DNA of 64,000 nucleotides from an uncultured Acidobacteriota bacterium (GTDB lineage Bacteria > Acidobacteriota > UBA6911 > RPQK01 > JAPXNP01). The number at the start of each line of letters is the position of its first letter. Within the stretch, counting starts at the first letter, position 1. A model generated the notes under the pieces. The model saw only the letters and a list, made by a program, of their open reading frames with translations, made no database searches and was not told where the DNA came from. The DNA lies in assembly GCA_963777605.1 (NCBI GenBank), contig CAVZRV010000027.1, forward strand, positions 160,001 to 224,000, given 5' to 3'. Made by a program: the position numbers and the translations under genes. Shown piece by piece: positions 11,801-20,048 of this stretch.

Positions 11801-12521
11801 AACCGGGGACCTCGAGAAGTTCAAAGCATTCGCGAACCAGGACCGTGTCGCCTGCGAGCAGGCCGGCCTGCGCTGGATTTCGGAGTCCTTCACCTGGTTG
11901 GGTTTGCAGCGTTTCTGGCTGGGTGACTGGGAGGGGGCGGGAGACCTTTTCCGGGAAGCCGTCGATCGTGAACCTGAAGACTTCAGTGGAGGCTTCGATT
12001 CAGCTCACATGCTGACCTGGCTGGCCTACACCAGGTCAGAATCCGGGCTGGAACAACACATGGACTCGGCGAGAGCCGTCCTCGACGAGGGGAAGCCGGC
12101 CACGGTGGGACACTGGTCACTACTCCTGGCTCTGGTCGAGGCTGCCGCGCTCCAGGGTCAGTTCGAAGTCGCCGCCGACTGCTACTCCATGGTCTGCCAA
12201 CTGCTTGAAACCGGCACACTGGTTCGCTTCAACGGGTCGGGACTGGTCGAGACCGTCGCCGGGGTGGCCTCCACTTGCGCCGGGGACTGGGACCAATCGG
12301 AGCGGCACTTCAAGCGGGCGATCGAGCAGGCCGACACGCTCCCCCATCGAATCGAACAGGTGGAAGCCCGTCGCTGGAACGCCTGGGCCTGGGGCATCCG
12401 AAGTTCACCCGATTCCGCGGCGCGCACTTCGGCTCTCGTGAAACAGGCGATGGAACGGGCCCAGCCTCTGGGCCTGCAACGGCACCTCTCCCGCGTCCTG
12501 GAACAGATCGCGGTCCACTGA
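8853..12521 (+). CDS. Ser/Thr (Hanks) kinase - AAA/STAND-like ATPase - TPR-like helical protein
   Basis: GSGGMAVVY, VALK, HRDIKPEN, DFG and YMSPEQ kinase motifs. Then IGRE, Walker A GEPGIGKS, Walker B IEDLHWAD and a helical C-terminus. Confidence 0.92.
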   Translation: MTGRKIAHYEILEEIGSGGMAVVYKAQDLRLGRVVALKVLNERFRRDLPSLRRFRREAQLTSTLSHPGICTIFDIEHSDENTFLVMEYLNGATLRQRLHSGPVSSDEALSILDQVLDALSEAHEHGVVHRDIKPENVFLLPDGRVKVLDFGLAKPTVEGGANADQTYLTTPGTVAGTIAYMSPEQVRGDPIEAASDIYSVGLVAYEMMTGVLPTRRRTTALTFSAILAEAPPPPSAVNHKSPAAFDRIILKTLRKNPLLRYRSASEMLVELRESVNRSSPLMPSRSIPSIESSSSDVAAVSKTGIQEPDRLRNSAPGLPVRPIGREPECLQIQSLMEKARAGTGNVLLIDGEPGIGKSHLLDFALAEAETRGCAVLSGRCSELQAAPPFFPFVEMIENVARAADPDTLPQLLGEGAPELAKLTPRLRQLIPGIPPPMDLPPGQDRYLIFSSLLDFLARAAGDRTLVVGIEDLHWADEATTNFLQFLSRHLRGRPVLLVGTLRQQGFDPSAPLAEAYRVLVRDRLVTRMSLRPLSRDSVGTMLARLSCVPPPPRVIDSVFEVTEGTPLYVEELYYDLLADHRALDEDGNWKHSLEIGEFRVPEGIRVILNRRQTRLSDPALKILQLGAVMGRRFSLGAIAACTEFPRAKVLEAMEEGERLQQIRSSSDSGDLQFAFWHELIRRTLLESVSHTRRLQLHLKLADYLQSNPQAEGDGCAQIAHHLVGAGALADPDRTRQVLVEAADAALRKTAFEDAIRFCGQALKCGKPTAGQQGEILYRKGLAQTGLNDWRAARESWLLALDLLSDQGSKETAGRICATLASQAIWTGRLDECYSISSRGLAIVEEEPSPIRSRLLAWAGHALSQGGNLQQGSALTDQAVAMARSVDDIRTFGHVMTHRSCEYFYSMRGREEVETGFEAIERLADVPWDRAEALAIVQIGLLGCGRLDDCRRIGQEAIRLATRIGHLGGLWMTQRMQGLCDLLETGDLEKFKAFANQDRVACEQAGLRWISESFTWLGLQRFWLGDWEGAGDLFREAVDREPEDFSGGFDSAHMLTWLAYTRSESGLEQHMDSARAVLDEGKPATVGHWSLLLALVEAAALQGQFEVAADCYSMVCQLLETGTLVRFNGSGLVETVAGVASTCAGDWDQSERHFKRAIEQADTLPHRIEQVEARRWNAWAWGIRSSPDSAARTSALVKQAMERAQPLGLQRHLSRVLEQIAVH

Positions 12522-12553
12522 GGGCACGGCTGGCTCTTCCCGCGACGCGCTGC

Positions 12554-13294
12554 TCAATTCTCCGGAAGTGCCTCACCGTCCACGTACCAACTCAGGCTCG
12601 GGCCGATGACGCCCAGGATCGGGAGGTCGATGACTTCCGTATTCCCGACCGACGTGGCTACTCTTGACAGGATTGCCCGCTTTCCAGATCCAGTTACGAG
12701 GGCTCCAAGTGCCCGGGCCCGGAGCAACGCAGGGAAGGTAAGCGTCATCCTCGGCCTCGGTTCGGCGACCATGTCCCCGTCGTTGAACAGGACCAACCGA
12801 CTGGTTTCTGCGAGTGCGGGAGAGTGGGGAAAGAGGGAAGCGGTGTGCCCATCGCCACCCATCCCCAGGAGAGCGAAGTCCAGGACTCCGTCGGTCAGCC
12901 CGACCAGGGTCGATTCGTAAACCGACGCTCCCTCCCGATCCAGTACCGGCATGGGATTCAACTGACTGCGGGAAAAACCAAGCGGGCCAGTCAATGTGGA
13001 CTCGATCATCCGCCAGTTCGAATGCTCATCGGAGTGCGGGACGGCCCGCTCGTCGACCTGCCAGATATGCACCTTGTCCCAGGGAAATTGGCTCCGCAAC
13101 TCGCCGGTCACCAGGCTTTCGAACAGGATCCGCGGCGTGCTGCCGCCGCTCAGTGCCAGATCGAAACGGCCCCGTGCGGCGATCGCTTCGTTTGCCCGCT
13201 CGAACAGGTCTGAGCAGAGACGGCCTATCAACCGGTCCACCTCCTGCTCCCGGACGACCTGGGCTCCGTGCTGTTGCAGTCCTTCAATCGACAA
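12554..13294 (-). CDS. pgl: 6-phosphogluconolactonase
   Basis: LSGGSTP, DERAVP, LLGMGGDGHTASLFP and RMTLT; immediately downstream of zwf. Confidence 0.93.
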   Translation of the reverse strand: MSIEGLQQHGAQVVREQEVDRLIGRLCSDLFERANEAIAARGRFDLALSGGSTPRILFESLVTGELRSQFPWDKVHIWQVDERAVPHSDEHSNWRMIESTLTGPLGFSRSQLNPMPVLDREGASVYESTLVGLTDGVLDFALLGMGGDGHTASLFPHSPALAETSRLVLFNDGDMVAEPRPRMTLTFPALLRARALGALVTGSGKRAILSRVATSVGNTEVIDLPILGVIGPSLSWYVDGEALPEN

Positions 13295-13303
13295 TCGTCC
13301 CTC

Positions 13304-14860
13304 CTATTCGCTGATCATCTTGGATCGGGACACGGCGCCTTCCGGGTTGCGCCACGTGCCGTGGCCCGCGAGCAGGCGATCGGACTCCTCCGGACCCCAC
13401 GAACCGGACTCGTAATTGGGGAAATCCGACTCCGTCTGAGCCCAGTCGTCCAGGACCGGTGCCACGATTCTCCAGGCCGCCTCAATTTCGAACCGGTCCT
13501 TGAAAAGTGCCTGGTCGCCGCTCATCGCGTCCAACAGAAGTGTGGCATAGGCGTCCGGTGCCTCTCCGCCAAACTGCTGGGCATAGTCGAAGTCCATAAT
13601 TGCCGACCGCAGGTGCAGTCCCTGACCGGGGACCTTGCCTTCGAACCGGAGACTGATTCCCTCGTCCGGCTGAACGTTGACAATGAGGCGATTGGGGGGA
13701 CGACTGGTCAACCGCCCGCTGTCGTCGGCAAAGATCGGGTGAGGAGCGGGCTTGAAGTGGATGACCATTTGAGTGAGTTTCCGGCGCATCCGCTTCCCTG
13801 TACGCAGAAAGAAGGGCACGCTCTGCCAGCGCCAGTTGTTGATGAACAGCTTCAGGGCTGCGAAAGTCTCGGTCCGTGATTCCGGGTCCACGCCCGACTC
13901 TTCCCGGTAGGCGGGCTGGGTCCCGTCAGGAACCGTCCCCCTCCCGTACTGTCCCCGGACGGCGAACTCCCGAATCGAGTCCGGCGGTATCGGCGCCACC
14001 GCCGCGAGGACCTTGCGTTGCTCGCTGCGCAGGTCGGTGGCCGCATAGCTGTTCGGCGGTTCCATGGCCAGGACCGCCATTAGCTGCAGGAGGTGGCTCT
14101 GGATCATGTCCCGAAGCGCCCCGGTGCCTTCATAATATCCGCCCCGATCTTCCAGTCCGACGGTTTCCGCGGCAGTGATCTGGACGTGGTCGATGTACTG
14201 ACGGTTCCAGAGCGGCTCCCAAATGGAGTTCGCAAACCGGAACACCAACAGATTCTGAACCGTTTCCTTCCCCAGGTAGTGATCGATGCGGTAGGTGTCT
14301 TCTTCTTCGAAGACCCTTCCCAGAACCCGGTTGAGATGGGCTGCCGATTCCAGGTCAAACCCGAACGGCTTTTCGATCACCACTCTCTGCCAGGGGGCTT
14401 CGTCTCGCTTCAGGCTGCACCAGCGCCGTCCCTCGGTGACCAGTCCCGAGTCCCCGATATTGCTCAGGATGGGCTCGTAAAGCTGTGGCGCAACGGACAG
14501 ATAAAAGAGCAGGTTGTCTCCGATCTCCGTTTCCCGGCGAATCACCTCGAGACGATCGACCAGGCCGGCGAACCCTTCCGCCTCGGTTGCGTCCCCACTC
14601 TGGTAGTGGAGGCGCCGTTCAAAATGCTCCCAGGTTTCCTCGGTGAACCCCGGGCCGTCCTTGCACCAGGCTTTCGCACGGTCCCTGAACTCGCCGTCGG
14701 ACATCGGGGTCCTCGAGACACCCAGTACGGCGAGTTTCGGGGGAAGTTCTCTGGTCCGGCAAAGATCGTAAAGTGCCGGAACCAGTTTTCGATTGGAGAG
14801 GTCACCTGAGGCGCCGAATATCACCAGGATGCAATCGTCGGGCTTTTCCTTCACACGCAT
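13304..14860 (-). CDS. zwf: Glucose-6-phosphate 1-dehydrogenase
   Basis: GASGDL, EKPFG, RIDHYLGKETVQN and VPFFLRTGKR. Confidence 0.97.
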   Translation of the reverse strand: MRVKEKPDDCILVIFGASGDLSNRKLVPALYDLCRTRELPPKLAVLGVSRTPMSDGEFRDRAKAWCKDGPGFTEETWEHFERRLHYQSGDATEAEGFAGLVDRLEVIRRETEIGDNLLFYLSVAPQLYEPILSNIGDSGLVTEGRRWCSLKRDEAPWQRVVIEKPFGFDLESAAHLNRVLGRVFEEEDTYRIDHYLGKETVQNLLVFRFANSIWEPLWNRQYIDHVQITAAETVGLEDRGGYYEGTGALRDMIQSHLLQLMAVLAMEPPNSYAATDLRSEQRKVLAAVAPIPPDSIREFAVRGQYGRGTVPDGTQPAYREESGVDPESRTETFAALKLFINNWRWQSVPFFLRTGKRMRRKLTQMVIHFKPAPHPIFADDSGRLTSRPPNRLIVNVQPDEGISLRFEGKVPGQGLHLRSAIMDFDYAQQFGGEAPDAYATLLLDAMSGDQALFKDRFEIEAAWRIVAPVLDDWAQTESDFPNYESGSWGPEESDRLLAGHGTWRNPEGAVSRSKMISE

Positions 14861-15039
14861 CTAACCATGATATGGCCTGAGGGTCGCATCTGAAAGTTCA
14901 TTTGATTGCTCCCAGCCGGGACCTCGGCTACCATTCCGGTGACAAAACCTTTCCGGCACCGCAAAGGGACGGGCAGCGTGCTTCGGCTCGTTTCGCTGCC
15001 GGGCCCGGATCGAAGCCCGTATTGATGAGGGGAGACAGA

Positions 15040-17085
15040 ATGGCAGAGAGTCGATTCAAACCGTACGTTCCAGCTGATTCGGACATGAGGGAGTTCACGC
15101 TCAGAGCGCTTCTTATCGGGCTCGTCATGTGCGTAATCCTGGGTGCCGCCAATGCATACCTGGGCCTTAAGGCAGGAATGACGATTGCCGCCACTTACCC
15201 GGCTGCCGTCATCGGCATGGCAGTCCTCAGACTGGTCCGTGGCAGCATCCTCGAAGAGAATTTCGCCCGGACCGTCGGCTCGATCGGCGAGTCGATCGCA
15301 GCCGGAGCAATCTTCACGCTGCCGGCGTTTTTCATTGCCGGGATCTGGCCGGATTTCGGAACGACCGGACACTACTTCGAATCCTCTGCAATCATGGTCG
15401 CCGGAGGCGTTCTCGGCATCATGTTCGTCGCTCTCCTGCGCCGGGTGATGGTCGAGGACGCGGAACTTCCCTTCCCCGAGTCGGTTGCGGCCTCGGAAAT
15501 TCACAAGGCAGGCCGGGCAGGCGGCACCGGAGCCAAGTACCTTTTTGGAGCGATGGGTTTCGGAGCGCTGGTCCAGGCTCTCGGGCAGTTCCGGTTCTTC
15601 AAGACGAACTGGGAACACTTCGTCTCGTTCGCCAAGACCAAGATCGGTCTCGGATCGAGCGGGTCGGTGACAGCCCAGAGCGGACTGGTCCTCAGTTCCC
15701 CGGGCGTGAGTCCGGCCTACATCGGGGTCGGCTACATCATCGGGCCGAAACTCGCGTCGTTGAACTTCAGCGGCGGACTCCTGGCCTGGGGACTCTTCGT
15801 CCCGATCCTCACTTACCTGGTCGGTCCGAGCATCATTCCCTCGAGTGCCGAGGCCACTGATGCCAACTGGATCGGGCTGGCCAACAACGTCTGGCTCCTG
15901 ATTGTCCGGCCGATCGCCATCGGGGGGATGCTCGTCAGTGCGGCCTACACCCTGTTCGGGATGCGCAAGAGCCTGCTCACCGGCCTGGCCCGCTCGGTTG
16001 CGGACGTCAAGAAGGCGACCACCGGGGAAGGCGCAGCAACGCTTCGAACCGAGCAGGACCTCAAGCTGCCCTGGATCGGAATCGGGATCGGCGCTGCGTC
16101 GATCGCCACATTTCTGATTTACCTTCACTTCTCGCATAGCCTCTTCGCAGCTCTCGTTGCCACCGTCACCATGGTCATCGCCGGATTTTTCTTCGCGGCA
16201 GTCTCAGGCTACCTGGTCGGCGTCATCGGATCGAGCAACAACCCGATCAGCGGCCTGACCCTCTCGACTCTGCTGATCGCCGCGGTACTCATGGTCCTCC
16301 TCGGAATGAAGGGCGCCACCGGTGTCGCGGCCGTTTTGGGTGTCGCGGCAGTAGTCTGCGTCTCTTCGGCAGTTGCCGGTGAAATGCTCCAGGACCTCAA
16401 GGCGGGGCACATTCTCGGAGGTACTCCCTGGAAGATGCAGATCGGAGACCTCATCGGCGTTGCGGTTGCGGCAACCGCCATGTTCATCCCCCTGGTCATC
16501 CTCCACGAAGGAGACATCAAGGCCGGACTGATGGCGACCCCGCCCTACCAGGGAGGATTCGGTGGCCCGGAACTTCCCGCCCCTCAGGCAAGCCTGATGG
16601 CGCTCCTGGCGCAGGGTATCGTAGGGGGGCAGATGGCCTGGCCGCTGATCATCGTGGGAATGTTTCTGGGACTCGGGTTCATCCTGAGTCAGGTCCCGAG
16701 CCCCATGCTGGTCTGCGTCGGAATGTATCTTCCTCTCGAAACGACATTCGCCATTTTTGTCGGAGGGATCATCAAGGGCATCACGGAACGGGTCAGCGCA
16801 AAAAGGGCGCACAACAACGCTCAGAAGGCCCGAGTTGAAAACACCGGAGTTCTCATCGCAGCCGGCCTGATCGCCGGCGAGGCCCTGATCGGGCTCCTGT
16901 TCGCGGGTCTCGCCTTCTTCGAGATCAATTACGGCGACTTTTTCCCCGGCATGATTTCGGCGCTGCCGTTGCCATTCGGAGTCAGCCTGGTGATCTTCGC
17001 CGCCCTGGGTTGGATCCTGGTGAAATACCCGATCGCGAACGCCGGCAAGCCGGACGATCCTGCCCCGCCGAGCGGATTGATCTGA
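15040..17085 (+). CDS. OPT family oligopeptide transporter
   Basis: EFTLRA, NAYLGLKAG, ILEENF, LPFPES, GSSNNPISG, QDLKAG..GGTPW and LPAPQA; many TM helices. Confidence 0.93.
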   Translation: MAESRFKPYVPADSDMREFTLRALLIGLVMCVILGAANAYLGLKAGMTIAATYPAAVIGMAVLRLVRGSILEENFARTVGSIGESIAAGAIFTLPAFFIAGIWPDFGTTGHYFESSAIMVAGGVLGIMFVALLRRVMVEDAELPFPESVAASEIHKAGRAGGTGAKYLFGAMGFGALVQALGQFRFFKTNWEHFVSFAKTKIGLGSSGSVTAQSGLVLSSPGVSPAYIGVGYIIGPKLASLNFSGGLLAWGLFVPILTYLVGPSIIPSSAEATDANWIGLANNVWLLIVRPIAIGGMLVSAAYTLFGMRKSLLTGLARSVADVKKATTGEGAATLRTEQDLKLPWIGIGIGAASIATFLIYLHFSHSLFAALVATVTMVIAGFFFAAVSGYLVGVIGSSNNPISGLTLSTLLIAAVLMVLLGMKGATGVAAVLGVAAVVCVSSAVAGEMLQDLKAGHILGGTPWKMQIGDLIGVAVAATAMFIPLVILHEGDIKAGLMATPPYQGGFGGPELPAPQASLMALLAQGIVGGQMAWPLIIVGMFLGLGFILSQVPSPMLVCVGMYLPLETTFAIFVGGIIKGITERVSAKRAHNNAQKARVENTGVLIAAGLIAGEALIGLLFAGLAFFEINYGDFFPGMISALPLPFGVSLVIFAALGWILVKYPIANAGKPDDPAPPSGLI

Positions 17086-17101
17086 GGCTCGACCGGCCAA
17101 G

Positions 17102-17461
17102 ATGGGATCATCGAATTCCGAGAACCTCGACTTAATGGATCGGGTCCCGGTTCCCCTCGTGGAATGGGAAACGGGGCCCGAGGACGGGGTCATTCTGTGC
17201 ATCCCAAAGTTCCGCCAGCGCCACCTGGCGAAATGGTTCCTGCCGTTGCTCGCCAAACCCGCCCTCCGCGTTCACCTGGACCGCAATGGGAGCACGGTCT
17301 GGAAGCTGATGGACGGCTCGAACTCCGTCGAGGAGATCTGCCACAGAGTCTGTAACGAGTACGGCGGAGACGAAGCCGACTGGGCGAACCGCGTCATCCG
17401 GTTCATTCTTCGGCTCGAGAAGGAGCGCTTCATATCGCTCAAGTCCCCCGACAAAAAGTAG
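17102..17461 (+). CDS. PqqD-family (RiPP recognition element-like) small protein
   Basis: PKF...LDRNGSTVWKLMDGSNSVEEI...FILRL matches the winged-helix PqqD pattern. Lies 16 bp after the OPT stop. Confidence 0.75.
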   Translation: MGSSNSENLDLMDRVPVPLVEWETGPEDGVILCIPKFRQRHLAKWFLPLLAKPALRVHLDRNGSTVWKLMDGSNSVEEICHRVCNEYGGDEADWANRVIRFILRLEKERFISLKSPDKK

Positions 17462-17743
17462 CACCGGTTAGCTCGCCATCAGAGCCAATCCCCGAGACAG
17501 AAGAGGACGAGGCCGTCCAGCAAGGGGCCTGTGCCTTTTTGGCCTCCGTCTCACTGGTCCCAGAGGTCCCATCCAGGCCCCCCACAAGAGAACCGGGCCC
17601 TCCCCGGTCGCACTGCCATCTGCAGTTTAGGTTTTGCGAGCCGGCCCGGTTTGGGGCAGAATGCTAGATAGGCGGAAACCACTAAGTGCCGCCCAAACAT
17701 TCAGTGAAACGGACAATATTCTCAGCTCCAGCAAGGAGGAATA

Positions 17744-19198
17744 ATGAGTGACGCAGTAAAGGGACTGGAACCTCAACTGGTTTGGAAGTATTTCGCCCAG
17801 ATCGCGAAGATCCCTCGGTGTTCCAAGAACGAGGAAGAAATGACCCGGTACGTTCTGGAGACCGCCCGGACCCTCGGACTCGATGCTGAGTCCGACCGGT
17901 TCGGCAATGTCGTGGTTCGAAAATCCGCCTCGAAAGGACGTGAGCAAGTAAAGGGCGTGGTTCTCCAGGGACACCTGGACATGGTTTGCGAAAAGAATCG
18001 CGACAAGAAGCACGACTTCTCGAAGGATGCGATCCAGCTGGTTCGAAAAGACAACATTCTCTCGGCGAACGGAACCACGCTCGGCGCCGACAACGGTATC
18101 GCGGTCGCCACCAACCTGGCCATCATGGAAGACCGTTCCCTCGAGCACGGGCCGCTGGAGTTCCTTTTCACCGTTGACGAAGAGACGGGGCTGACGGGAG
18201 CCAGCAACCTGGGCAGTGATTTCCTCCGTTACCGAACGCTCATCAACCTCGATTCCGAGGAGGAAGGTGCGCTCTACGTAGGATGCGCAGGAGGTCGGGA
18301 TACCGTCGGAACCTGGAAAGTGGCTTTCGAGACTGCGCCTGCCGGCTCATCAGACGTGCTGGTGCGGGTCTTCGGGCTGCGCGGCGGCCATTCAGGCCTC
18401 GACATCAACGCGAACCGGGGCAATGCCATCAAGCTGCTCAACCGGGTGCTTCTGGCACTCGACGGGATGGGCGCTCGCATCTCAGCAATCGAAGCCGGGA
18501 GCAAGCGCAACGCCATTCCGCGAGAAGCCGAGGTCCGGGTTGCGATTCCCCCGGATCAGGTTGAAGCGGCGCGAAAGTGTGTCGCGGAAATGGAGAACAC
18601 CTTCAAGTCAGAGCTGGGGAAATCGGACCCCCAGGTCCGATGCGATTTCGAACCCCAGGATGGCGGAGGAACGACCACGATCGATTCCGGACTCCAGACG
18701 ACCTTGCTTCGCATCATCTCCGCGCTGCCGCACGGAGTGATCAAGATGAGTGCCGACATTCCCGGTCTGGTGGAGACCTCGACCAACGTGGCGGTCGTGA
18801 GGCTCGAGGGCAGCATCCTCAAGATCGAGACAAGCCAGCGAAGTTCCGTCGCCTCCGAAATCAGTGAAATCTGCCAGGCTGTCGAGTCGCTGTTCCTTCT
18901 TGCAGGAGCCAAAGTTGCAAAACCGGACGGCTACCCGGGGTGGAAGCCCGACCTGGACTCGAAGATCCTCAAGATCGCAGTCGATACGTTCCAGGCTCTG
19001 TACGGGAAAGAGCCCGAAGTGAAAGCCATCCACGCCGGACTCGAGTGCGGCATTATCGGTGAGAAATACCCCGGAATCGACATGGTCTCCATGGGGCCGA
19101 CGCTGGAAGCCGTCCACTCTCCCGAGGAGAAAATCTATATCGACTCCGTTGGCCGGTTCTGGGATTATCTGCTGGCCATCCTGGGGAATGTGAAATAG
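17744..19198 (+). CDS. pepD: Aminoacyl-histidine dipeptidase (M20C)
   Basis: QGHLDMV, TTLGADNG, DEETGLTGA, NLDSEE, GGHSG and HAGLECG; strong AGGAGG RBS. Confidence 0.95.
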   Translation: MSDAVKGLEPQLVWKYFAQIAKIPRCSKNEEEMTRYVLETARTLGLDAESDRFGNVVVRKSASKGREQVKGVVLQGHLDMVCEKNRDKKHDFSKDAIQLVRKDNILSANGTTLGADNGIAVATNLAIMEDRSLEHGPLEFLFTVDEETGLTGASNLGSDFLRYRTLINLDSEEEGALYVGCAGGRDTVGTWKVAFETAPAGSSDVLVRVFGLRGGHSGLDINANRGNAIKLLNRVLLALDGMGARISAIEAGSKRNAIPREAEVRVAIPPDQVEAARKCVAEMENTFKSELGKSDPQVRCDFEPQDGGGTTTIDSGLQTTLLRIISALPHGVIKMSADIPGLVETSTNVAVVRLEGSILKIETSQRSSVASEISEICQAVESLFLLAGAKVAKPDGYPGWKPDLDSKILKIAVDTFQALYGKEPEVKAIHAGLECGIIGEKYPGIDMVSMGPTLEAVHSPEEKIYIDSVGRFWDYLLAILGNVK

Positions 19199-19292
19199 GC
19201 CAAGATGCTGGGGCAACTCCACCGCAGGGCCAGACAGTCTCCCGCGGTGGAGGCCTCCGTCCGAGGAGACTTCGACCGAGGGGGAGCGCCGG

Positions 19293-19676
19293 ATGACCGG
19301 GCGAATGGGCGAGAAACTGGGGTGGATCGGAGGCTGGCTGGGAGCGTTCTCCTGGGTCGCCGGTTTCGGCATCTGGTCCTTCCTGATTGGTGACAACTAC
19401 GCGGGAGGCACTTCGCTGGCCCTCTACGCAATGTCGGGGTACCTGGTCTGGCGGGTTTCACCCTGGCATCACGAGCAGACTTTCTACTGGAAGCTGATGC
19501 TCCCACTCTACGGCTTTTTCTTCGTTGCGATCTATCTCACCCTGCGCACCGCTGGCTGGCTCGGTTCGTCCCTGGAGCGCTGGCCGGCCTTCTTCGGCGT
19601 GGGAGCCCTTTTCATTCCCCTCTTCCTCGTCGGCGGCCGACGCTGGTCGGACGGGCCTCCCCCTTCGGACGAGTGA
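19293..19676 (+). CDS. Small integral membrane hypothetical protein (about 4 TM)
   Basis: Four hydrophobic segments, Trp/Gly-rich (GWIGGWLG, PW, YWKL). Confidence 0.65.
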   Translation: MTGRMGEKLGWIGGWLGAFSWVAGFGIWSFLIGDNYAGGTSLALYAMSGYLVWRVSPWHHEQTFYWKLMLPLYGFFFVAIYLTLRTAGWLGSSLERWPAFFGVGALFIPLFLVGGRRWSDGPPPSDE

Positions 19677-20048
19677 AATCGGTCGAACCGCTCGGACCTG
19701 TCAGGCCGGTTCGACAGTTCCGGGGTGTGTTACCGAAATCACCCCCGGAGCCAAATCTGGCACGTCTCTCCGTACCCAGTCCGCCAGCGGACGCACGAAG
19801 CCCCCGGGCAAAGCCTCCGGCGGGGGCCAAACCCCTATCCCCATCTACAAATAACGAACGTGCGGGCAAAAGTGCGTGGAGGCGGCGAGAAAAAAGTGAA
19901 AAAGGCGCAGTTTTAAGGGAGATGAATCGAAAGGACTGGATCGGGATGGGATGCGGAGACAATGCGGGGAGAGAAAGCTCTCCGTCCGGGTTTGGGCAAC
20001 GTACCCTCCGGTTCGCCATCCTGCGCCATTCAGGCTAAGATCGGGGCA

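Noticed and set aside
17462-17743. Possible RiPP precursor ORF next to the PqqD-like gene
   Set aside because: No small ORF with RBS or leader/core features found, and no modifying enzymes nearby.
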